DNA of 64,000 nucleotides from Candidatus Tepidifontimicrobium thermophilum (GTDB taxonomy: Bacteria > Sysuimicrobiota > Sysuimicrobiia > Sysuimicrobiales > Sysuimicrobiaceae): the NCBI GenBank assembly GCA_031459915.1, contig JAVKHO010000001.1:187117-251116 (forward strand). Reading direction: 5' to 3'. A program made the translations under genes and the position numbers. The notes beneath the pieces are model-generated. The model made no database searches and was not told where the DNA came from. It saw only the letters and a list, made by a program, of their open reading frames with translations. Position 1 is the first letter of the stretch. Each line of letters opens with the position of its first letter. This document shows positions 9,206 through 16,613 of this stretch, in pieces.

Positions 9206-9988
9206 GTGGCTGACCCCCGGATCGTGGTCCTGGCTTCGGGGAGCGCCGGCAACGCGGTGTGGCTGGAGGCCGGAGGCACCGCGGTGCTGGTGGACGCCGG
9301 GCTATCTGGGGAGGCCCTGTTGCGGCGGATGGCGCGGGCGGGTTGCTCCCTCCAGGCCCTGGCGGCGGTCCTGCTGACCCACGAGCACGACGACCACGCG
9401 CGGGGGGCAGCCGCTCTCGCCCGGGCGGTGGGTGCGCCGGTGCTGGCCAACGAGGCGACGCTGCGCGCGTGCGGGCTCGACAGCAGCGCCCCGTGCGAGC
9501 GGATCGCCAACCTGCAGCCCTTCCGCGTGGGTGCATGGACGGTGGAGGCCGTTCCGGTCCCCCACGACGCCGCAGACCCCGTGGCCTTCGTCCTGGAGGC
9601 GGCCGGGACGCGGGTGGCGGTCGCCACGGACCTCGGCGACGTGGGTCAGGCCCTCGTGGAGCGGGCGTTCGGCTGCGACGTGGTGCTCCTGGAGGCCAAC
9701 TACGACCTGCGGCTGCTGGGCGTCAGCCCGTACCCGTGGTTCGTGAAGAACCGCATCGTGGGCCGGTACGGGCACCTCAGCAACGACGGCGCGGCGGCCG
9801 CGGCAGTCCGGCTGCACGCGGGCCGGCCGCAGCGCTTCGTCCTCCTGCACGTGAGCGAGGTGAACAACCTGGCCCCCCTCGCCCGGGACGTGGTGGCCGG
9901 CGCCCTGGAGCGGCACGGGGTTGCAGCGGAGGTGCAGGTGGTCCGGCCCAACGAGGGCTCCGAGGTGCCGCTGGCGGGGAGGCGGTAG
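9206..9988 (+). CDS. Metallo-beta-lactamase fold hydrolase (YycJ/WalJ-like)
   Basis: LASGSAGNA, LLTHEHDDH, PHDAADP, LEANYD, GHLSN; GTG at 9206 is 6 nt after TACAAT. Confidence 0.88.
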   Translation: MADPRIVVLASGSAGNAVWLEAGGTAVLVDAGLSGEALLRRMARAGCSLQALAAVLLTHEHDDHARGAAALARAVGAPVLANEATLRACGLDSSAPCERIANLQPFRVGAWTVEAVPVPHDAADPVAFVLEAAGTRVAVATDLGDVGQALVERAFGCDVVLLEANYDLRLLGVSPYPWFVKNRIVGRYGHLSNDGAAAAAVRLHAGRPQRFVLLHVSEVNNLAPLARDVVAGALERHGVAAEVQVVRPNEGSEVPLAGRR

Positions 9989-11208
9989 TGCACGCGCTGC
10001 CCGGCGAGGTCCGCAGGGAGCTCCGGCGGCTGGGGAGGGCAGACCTGGTGGTGGGCATCCCCAGCTTCAACAACGCCCGTACCGTCGGCCACGTGGTGGA
10101 GACGGTGGCCGAGGGCGTCACTCGCTACTTCCCGGGGCTGCGGGGGGTGGTGGTGAACGCGGACGGAGGGTCCGCGGACGGCACCCCCGAAGCTGCCGGG
10201 GCGGCACGGGTGCCCGACCCGGTGCGGGTGGTGTGCACGGGCTACGAGGGCATCCGCGGAAAGGGCAGTGCCGTCCGGGCTGTGCTGGAAGCCGCGCAGC
10301 TAGTGGGCGCCCGCTGCTGTGTGTTGGTGGACGCAGATCTCCGGTCGGTCGGACCCTGGTGGGTGCAGCGGCTGGCGGGCCCGGTGCTGGCCGGGCAGGC
10401 GGACTACGTGGTCCCGCTGTACGTGCGGCACAAGTACGACGGCACCATCACCAACAACCTGGCCTACCCTTTGACCCGCGCCCTGTACGGCGCCAGGGTC
10501 CGGCAACCCATCGGCGGCGAGTTCGGCCTCTCAGGGGCCCTGGCGGGCCGGCTTCTGGCAAAGCCCGTGTGGGAGAGCGACGTGGCGCGGTTCGGGGTAG
10601 ACATCTGGATGACGACCACGGCTCTCTGCGAGGGGGCCCGGGTCGTGCAGGCACCTCTGGGTGTTAAGGTGCACGACCCCAGGGACCCGGCGGGGCTCGG
10701 GCCCATGTTCCAGCAAGTCGTCGGGACGATGTTCTCCCTGCTGGCGGTGTACCCATTCCGCTGGCGGCAGGTGCGGGGAAGCCAGCCGGTGCCGACAGTG
10801 GGAGACCCGGTGGAAGCGGAGCCTGAGCCTGTCCCTGTCACAGTTTCTGCCCTGGTGGACCGGTTCCGGGAAGGTCAGCGGGTGCACGGCGGGGTGTGGG
10901 GCCGGGCCCTGGGCGCGGACGTGCGGGAGCAGCTGGACCGGGCGGCTGAGCTGGGCCCGGCAGGTTACCTCACCGAGCGCTGGTGGGCCCGGCTGGTGTA
11001 CGACTTCGCGGTGGCCTTTCACCGGGACGACCTGGACCCGGATGCGGTGGTGGCGGCTCTGGTGCCCGTGTACTTCGGGCGGGTGGCGGCGTTCGCGGAG
11101 GAAACCCGAGAGCTGGACACGGCAGCTGCGGAACTCGTAGTGGAGCGTCAGGCCGCGGTCTTCGAGGAGGAGAAGACCAGGCTGGTGGCCGCCTGGGAAC
11201 GCCTCTAG
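9988..11208 (+). CDS. Glucosylglycerate/mannosylglycerate synthase-like glycosyltransferase (Ggs family)
   Basis: VGIPSFNNA, DGGSADGT, GKGSA, DADLRS, RHKYDGTITN, RQPIGGEFG, FGVDIWMT, KVHD; TAGTG coupling to upstream gene. Confidence 0.85.
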   Translation: MHALPGEVRRELRRLGRADLVVGIPSFNNARTVGHVVETVAEGVTRYFPGLRGVVVNADGGSADGTPEAAGAARVPDPVRVVCTGYEGIRGKGSAVRAVLEAAQLVGARCCVLVDADLRSVGPWWVQRLAGPVLAGQADYVVPLYVRHKYDGTITNNLAYPLTRALYGARVRQPIGGEFGLSGALAGRLLAKPVWESDVARFGVDIWMTTTALCEGARVVQAPLGVKVHDPRDPAGLGPMFQQVVGTMFSLLAVYPFRWRQVRGSQPVPTVGDPVEAEPEPVPVTVSALVDRFREGQRVHGGVWGRALGADVREQLDRAAELGPAGYLTERWWARLVYDFAVAFHRDDLDPDAVVAALVPVYFGRVAAFAEETRELDTAAAELVVERQAAVFEEEKTRLVAAWERL

Positions 11209-12539
11209 TGCGAGACGGGGGCCAGCTGAGGCAACACGCCCTCCAGATCTTCCGGGCCGGCCTGCGGGCTGCAAACGGGGCGGAGTCCGTGCGGCGGGCC
11301 CTGCGGCGGGACGGTGACCGCCTGGAGGTGGGCGACTTGCGCGTGGCCCTGTCGGAGTTCGCCCGCGTGTGGGTGGTGGGCTTCGGGAAGGCGTCCGCAC
11401 AGATGGCCCTCGCGGTGGAGGAGGTGCTGGGCGAGCGGGTGGACGGTGGGGTGGTGGTCACGAAGCACGGCCACGGGGTCCCGCTCCGCCGCGTTCAGGT
11501 TCTGGAGGCTTCTCACCCCCTGCCCGGCCCTGAGGGTGAAACCGCGGCCCGGCGGGTGGTGGAGCTGCTTCAGGCGGCGGGTGAACCCGACCTGGTACTG
11601 TGCCTCATCTCCGGGGGCGGGTCGGCGCTCCTTCCCCTGCCCGCGGAGGGCCTGACGCTGCAGGACAAGGTGGCGGTGACAGACCTGCTACTGCGCAGCG
11701 GTGCCACCATCGCAGAAGTGAACGCGGTCCGGAAACACCTGTCCGCGGTGAAGGGCGGCTGGCTGGCCCGAGTGGCCCATCCGGCCCGCGTGGTGGGGCT
11801 GGTGGTCAGCGACGTCCTGGGGAACCGGCTGGACGCCATCGCGTCAGGCCCGTTCAGCCCGGACCCGACCACGTACGCGGATGCCCTCGCTGTGTTGGAG
11901 CGTTACGGGCTCGTTGAAAAGGTGCCGGCGACGGTGCGGCGGCGCCTCGAGCGGGGAGCCGCGGGGGAGGTCCCGGAAACCCCCAAACCCGGCGACCCGG
12001 TGTTCCAGAGGGTGCGTCTGCAGGTGGTGGCCAGCGTAGTGGACGCGGTGGAAGCGGCGCGAGCGGAGGCGGAGCGGCTGGGCTACCACACGTCAGTGCT
12101 CACCACCTCGCTCGAAGGGGAGGCGCGAGAAGTCGGGCGGGTGGTGGCCGCTCTGGCCAGGGAGGAAACCCTGCAGGACCGGCCGGTCCCGAAGCCCGCG
12201 TGTCTGGTACTGGGTGGGGAGACTACGGTTACGGTGCGCGGCTCCGGACGGGGGGGCCGGAACCAGGAGCTGGCGCTGGCCGCGGCCCTTGGTCTGGACG
12301 GCCTTGAGGGCGTGCTGGTGGCCAGCTTCGCCACCGACGGCACGGACGGCCCCACGGAGGCCGCGGGAGCTTTCGCGGACGGCAGCACGGTGGCCCGCGG
12401 TGGGAGCCGCGGCCTGGACGCGCGCCGGTACCTGGCCGCCAACGACTCGTACGCCTTCTTCGAAGCCCTGGGCGACCTCGTCCGCACGGGGCCCACCGGG
12501 ACCAACGTCAACGACGTGGTTCTGATCCTGGCACGGTGA
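11208..12539 (+). CDS. Glycerate 2-kinase (MOFRL/TtuD family)
   Basis: GKAS, HPLP, LISGGGSAL, RKHLSAVKGG, GETTV, GGRNQE, TDGTDG, TGTNVND. Confidence 0.92.
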   Translation: MRDGGQLRQHALQIFRAGLRAANGAESVRRALRRDGDRLEVGDLRVALSEFARVWVVGFGKASAQMALAVEEVLGERVDGGVVVTKHGHGVPLRRVQVLEASHPLPGPEGETAARRVVELLQAAGEPDLVLCLISGGGSALLPLPAEGLTLQDKVAVTDLLLRSGATIAEVNAVRKHLSAVKGGWLARVAHPARVVGLVVSDVLGNRLDAIASGPFSPDPTTYADALAVLERYGLVEKVPATVRRRLERGAAGEVPETPKPGDPVFQRVRLQVVASVVDAVEAARAEAERLGYHTSVLTTSLEGEAREVGRVVAALAREETLQDRPVPKPACLVLGGETTVTVRGSGRGGRNQELALAAALGLDGLEGVLVASFATDGTDGPTEAAGAFADGSTVARGGSRGLDARRYLAANDSYAFFEALGDLVRTGPTGTNVNDVVLILAR

Positions 12540-13212
12540 GCAGCGGGATCCCGGCACCGCCGGGTGCGCTGCCCGTCCGCAGGGCGGCGGGAACCTTCAG
12601 GCTGCCCGCCAGCGCCACCAGGAGGAGGACGGCCACAGCTAGCCCCACCGCTCTTAGGGGAGGCCTCGCGGGCCTCGCCCCCATCAACGCGGGGACCAGC
12701 ACCACAGCCCCGAGGGCCAGGAGCACGTCGCCGAAGCTGAACACGTTGGCCAGCGGCAGGCCCGCCGGAATCGCGAACACGTCGCCCAGGAACCACAGCT
12801 TTGTGCTCGGTCCGATCACCGTGGAGTTGTTGTAGACCCTCCCGGCTTCCGCCACCAGGGCCCAGCGGCCGGCAGTCCGGAGCGCCTCCTCGGAGGCAGG
12901 CATGAGGCCCCCGTTGGCCAGGATGGCGGCCGCGTTGGACGCGAAGCCCAGCGCGACCAGCCACATGCCCGGCAGGTGCCGGTTGAGCCACAGGAACGAG
13001 CCCAGGACGCCGTAAGAGAGGGCGTGGACGGCCAGCTCGCGGCCGCGGAGGAACGGGAGCGGGCCCGTGGGTTCGAAGATAGCCAGCTGCAGGCCCAGGG
13101 CCAGCAGGGGGACCCACGGAGAGCGCAGGTCTGCGGACAGGAGGTTACGAAGGCTTCCGCCCCGAGCCCACCCGAGGCAGAGGGACAACGCGAGCGGTAC
13201 GAGCAGCAGCAT
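12508..13212 (-). CDS. DUF5317 family membrane protein (putative aspartyl peptidase)
   Basis: GWARGGSL, NAAAILANGGLMP, LWFLGDVF, NVFSFGDVLL; multiple TM helices; GGAG RBS. Confidence 0.8.
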   Translation of the reverse strand: MLLLVPLALSLCLGWARGGSLRNLLSADLRSPWVPLLALGLQLAIFEPTGPLPFLRGRELAVHALSYGVLGSFLWLNRHLPGMWLVALGFASNAAAILANGGLMPASEEALRTAGRWALVAEAGRVYNNSTVIGPSTKLWFLGDVFAIPAGLPLANVFSFGDVLLALGAVVLVPALMGARPARPPLRAVGLAVAVLLLVALAGSLKVPAALRTGSAPGGAGIPLLTVPGSEPRR

Positions 13213-14566
13213 CGCCTTCTCCGGCCTGCGCCCCTGAACTGGCGGCCTCCAGGGCCGCAGGGACCACGGGGCCCTTCAGGACGCCGCGCGCGATGAGCTC
13301 GTCCTCCAGGGCCCGGACCACGGTCAGATCATACTCCTTGCCCGCGACCCGGTAGAGCTCCCGCACGGCCTCCTCGGGAGTCTTGGCGCGCCGGTACGGA
13401 CGGTCAGTGGTCATGGCGTCGTACGCGTCCGCCACCGCCAGCACCCGGGCCGGGAAGATGATCTCGTCGCCCTTCAGCCCCAGGGGATAGCCGGACCCGT
13501 CCAGGCGTTCGTGGTGCTGGGCGAGGATATCTAGCGAGTCGCGGTAGAGGCTGATGTTCTGCAGGATCCGGACCCCGGCCTCCACGTGCCCCTTCATCTC
13601 CGCGTACTCCTCTGGGCTCAGGGGCCCGGCCTTCAGGAGGACGGAGTCAGGGATGGTGACCTTGCCCACGTCGTGGACCCGGGCCACCGCGTGCAGGCCC
13701 CACAGCACTTCTCCCTGAAGGCCCAGGCGCTCCCCCAGGGCCCGGGCCAGGTCCGCCACCCGAATGGAGTGCTTCGCCGTGTAGGGATCCCGAAGGTCTA
13801 CGGCGTCTGCGAGGGCGTGGAGGAAGTTGTCGGTTTCAACGCGGAGCCGGACGTAGTTGTCGTAGGCGAGTTTGGCTGTGAAAAGGGCGGGCAAGAGGAG
13901 GCTGGGCGCTAGGGGGTGGATTTGCCACAGCGCAGCGATGGCCACGGATACAGATGTCACTCCAGCGAAGAAGGGTGCTACACCCCTCAGGTAGGACGCC
14001 AACAGGGCGCGGTAGCGGATGTTTTGAACGAGAGCGAGAGGCAGCGACAATAGCATCGCGTTGCTCAGCGTGTACAGAAACCCCGCGGAGAGCGCGGCAC
14101 CTAGAGCGCGTGGAGATGTGATGACTAATCCTGGCTGCCAGGCGGTGCTGCCGAGGTAAAGGTGGTAGAAATTGCCGGCAAGCCAAAGCGAGAATGCGCC
14201 GTTGGAGGCATTGTATAGCGCTTTGTACCATGGCTTGTTCAGTTGAATGTCGGATGCTGCTGCTGCCAGGGCTGCCAAGAACACGGCGAAAGGCCAGCCA
14301 GCGAGAAACAACACAGGAAGGTGTACAGCTGAACTTAGGACGACTTCTGAGGTCTCACGGCCGAGCGTAAGGCGGGTGGGCTTTAGCTCAAGCAGCACGG
14401 CGAGAAACGTGGCGCCCATCAGCCCGAGGGCTCGGACGGGTGAGATAGGGTAAGACGCGGTCCCGAGGGCAAGAGTGGCGTGCCCGACTGCGACGACGAG
14501 AAGAGTCCCCGCGAGAGCAACCAAAAAAGACAGCACGGACGGCCGCATTTGCCCGCGTCCTCGCAC
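13145..14566 (-). CDS. Membrane-anchored HD-GYP c-di-GMP phosphodiesterase with a multi-TM sensor domain
   Basis: About 7 hydrophobic helices, then YTAKHS, HDVGK, HHERLDGSGYP, VADAYDAMTTDRPYR; start is GTG 14566 or ATG 14548. Confidence 0.9.
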   Translation of the reverse strand: MRGRGQMRPSVLSFLVALAGTLLVVAVGHATLALGTASYPISPVRALGLMGATFLAVLLELKPTRLTLGRETSEVVLSSAVHLPVLFLAGWPFAVFLAALAAAASDIQLNKPWYKALYNASNGAFSLWLAGNFYHLYLGSTAWQPGLVITSPRALGAALSAGFLYTLSNAMLLSLPLALVQNIRYRALLASYLRGVAPFFAGVTSVSVAIAALWQIHPLAPSLLLPALFTAKLAYDNYVRLRVETDNFLHALADAVDLRDPYTAKHSIRVADLARALGERLGLQGEVLWGLHAVARVHDVGKVTIPDSVLLKAGPLSPEEYAEMKGHVEAGVRILQNISLYRDSLDILAQHHERLDGSGYPLGLKGDEIIFPARVLAVADAYDAMTTDRPYRRAKTPEEAVRELYRVAGKEYDLTVVRALEDELIARGVLKGPVVPAALEAASSGAQAGEGDAAARTARVVPLPRVGSGRKPS

Positions 14567-14652
14567 CCGTTTATCCAGCGAGGGTTGCGGAGCAATCAGC
14601 GTGCCACCCGTGCCTTACGAGGCTTACTCGAGTGCAGATTAAGGCTAGGGTG

Positions 14653-14739
14653 CTACCCCCACTTGCCAAACGCGCCTGCAGAAACCAGCAGCGAAGCCAG
14701 AGTCGACAGCAGCAGAACCAGCTTGCCCCACTTGTTCAT
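14653..14739 (-). CDS. Small signal-peptide-like precursor peptide MNKWGKLVLLLSTLASLLVSAGAFGKWG (28 aa)
   Basis: ATG at 14739 with [15 protein letters not shown] at 14653; basic N-terminus, hydrophobic core, small-residue motif and KWG tail; directly upstream of and co-oriented with the HD-GYP gene; absent from the ORF track. Confidence 0.75.
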   Translation of the reverse strand: MNKWGKLVLLLSTLASLLVSAGAFGKWG

Positions 14740-14801
14740 CTGGATCCCCTCCCTCTGTGGTTTTTCGGGCCAGAAGCCCGGATCTTAGCCCCACTTGTTC
14801 A
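14657..14801. repeat. Three copies of CCCCACTTG (minus strand encodes K-W-G); 14-bp direct repeat GCCCCACTTGTTCA at 14725-14738 and 14788-14801
   Basis: Read directly: copies at 14657, 14726 and 14789. Confidence 0.8.
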
Positions 14802-14820
14802 CGGAAAAACCTCCGATCGC

Positions 14821-14849
14821 TTGACCTGGCACAAATGTTGCTCTAACAT
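14821..14849 (+). promoter_or_regulatory. Sigma70-like promoter facing glgA, overlapping an ATGTT-N5-AACAT inverted repeat
   Basis: TTGACC-17 bp-TAACAT. Confidence 0.4.
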
Positions 14850-15113
14850 CACCGGCGACCGCAGCCCGCGCGGCTGCAGGTCTACCGGAACTACGTTCCG
14901 GGTATATACGCGGTTGCACGGGTGTCCGTGCAACGACAACCGAGATGCCGGCGAGGCAGCTCGCCAGGCGGGATCTACCGGGCTGCGAGACAGCCGCGGC
15001 GGCAGCCTTCGCGCGGGATGTTCGCAGCAGCAGCGGGTTTTTGTCAAGTAAGTTTTATTTTCCCGCACGTTCTCGGAGCACCCGCACGGACAAAACAAGA
15101 CGGAGGTCGGGCG

Positions 15114-16583
15114 GTGCGCGTCCTGTTTGTGTCCTCGGAGGTCGCGCCGTTCTCCAAGACGGGTGGGTTGGCTGACGTAAGCGGGGCGCTGCCTGCGGCT
15201 CTGGCGCGGGCGGGCGCGGATGTCCGCATCGTGACGCCCCTGTATCGGAGCGTGCGGCAGGGGCCGTGGCACCTACGTCCCGCGGGCGAGGTGCGGGTCA
15301 CGGGCGCGTTCCCCGGGGAACGGGTGGTGGTGTGGGAAGGTGCTGTGCCAGGCGGCAACGTCGCCGTGTGGTTCGTCGACCACCCGGGGAGCTTCGACCG
15401 GCCGGGGCTGTACGGAGAGTCGGGGCGAGACTACCCTGACAACCTGGAGCGGTTTGCGCTGTTCTGCCACGCCGCCCTTTCCTGGGTCCAGGTCTCCGGA
15501 TGGCAGGCGGACGTGGTCCACTGCAACGACTGGCAGACCGCTTTGATCCCCGTGTACCTGAGGACCTGGCCGGACCCACGCTGGGCCCCGGTAGGTTGCC
15601 TGTTGACGATCCACAATCTCGCCTACCAGGGCTTGTTTCCGGCCGAGAAGTACCCTCACCTCGGGCTCCCGCCGGAGCTGTACAGCCCCCGCTACCTGGA
15701 ATTCTGGGGCCGCGTCAACCTGCTCAAGGGTGGACTGGCGTTCGCCGATGTTCTCAGTACGGTGAGCGAAACGTACGCCCGGGAGATCCAGACCCCGGAG
15801 CTGGGCTGCGGACTGGACGGGGTGCTCCGCGAGAGAGCAGCGGACCTGTACGGGATCCTGAACGGCGTGGACTACTCGGTCTGGGACCCCCGAAACGACC
15901 AGTATCTTCCGGCTCGCTACGGCCCGGAGGACCTCTCGGGCAAGAGGGTCTGCAAGGCAGCCCTGCAGGAGGAGATGGGCCTGCGTACAGACCCGAGTGT
16001 CCCGCTGTTCGGTATGGTTTCCCGGCTGGTCGAGCAGAAGGGAGTCGACCTGGTGGCCGCCTGCGTCGACCGGTTCCCGGCCGCGGCGGCGGAGCTGGTG
16101 ATCCTCGGGACCGGCGATCCCACGTACGAGGAGGTCCTCCAGCAGGCAGCCGAGCGCCACCCGGGGTGGGTCGCGGTGCGGATCGGGTTCGACGAGCGCC
16201 TGGCCCACTGGATCGAGGCGGGGTGTGACGCCTTCCTGATGCCGTCCCGCTACGAGCCCTCCGGCCTCAACCAGCTGTACAGCCTCCGGTACGGCACGGT
16301 GCCCGTGGTGCGCAGGACCGGCGGCCTGGCGGACAGCGTGGTGGACGCCACGCCAGAGGCGCTGGCCCGCGGCCAGGCGAACGGCTTCGTGTTTGACGAC
16401 TACTCCCCCGAGGCGTTCTGGAGTGCGGTGCAGCGTGCCCTGGCGGCATACCGGGACCCGGCGACCTGGGGCAGGCTCCTGCGCGCGGGCATGGCCGCGG
16501 ACTTCTCCTGGGAACGGACGGCAGCCCGCTACCTGGACCTGTACCGACTGGCCAGGCGCAAGCGGGGTGCGGTACCCTCGTGA
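15114..16583 (+). CDS. glgA: Glycogen synthase
   Basis: SEVAPFSKTGGLADV, HCNDWQT, TIHNLAYQG, SRLVEQKG, MPSRYEP; GTG 15114 after GGAGG. Confidence 0.95.
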   Translation: MRVLFVSSEVAPFSKTGGLADVSGALPAALARAGADVRIVTPLYRSVRQGPWHLRPAGEVRVTGAFPGERVVVWEGAVPGGNVAVWFVDHPGSFDRPGLYGESGRDYPDNLERFALFCHAALSWVQVSGWQADVVHCNDWQTALIPVYLRTWPDPRWAPVGCLLTIHNLAYQGLFPAEKYPHLGLPPELYSPRYLEFWGRVNLLKGGLAFADVLSTVSETYAREIQTPELGCGLDGVLRERAADLYGILNGVDYSVWDPRNDQYLPARYGPEDLSGKRVCKAALQEEMGLRTDPSVPLFGMVSRLVEQKGVDLVAACVDRFPAAAAELVILGTGDPTYEEVLQQAAERHPGWVAVRIGFDERLAHWIEAGCDAFLMPSRYEPSGLNQLYSLRYGTVPVVRRTGGLADSVVDATPEALARGQANGFVFDDYSPEAFWSAVQRALAAYRDPATWGRLLRAGMAADFSWERTAARYLDLYRLARRKRGAVPS

Positions 16584-16613
16584 GCGTGCGGACAGGTCGC
16601 GGGGAGGAGCGAG

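Noticed and set aside
14657..14801. Mini-CRISPR interpretation of the three CCCCACTTG repeats
   Set aside because: The repeats are only 9-14 bp, no cas genes are present, and they are explained by KWG codons in small ORFs.
14860..14960. c-di-GMP-I/II riboswitch upstream of the HD-GYP operon (contains GTGCAACCG on the minus strand)
   Set aside because: The motif is one arm of a simple palindrome and the other consensus elements are not evident. An Infernal scan would settle it.
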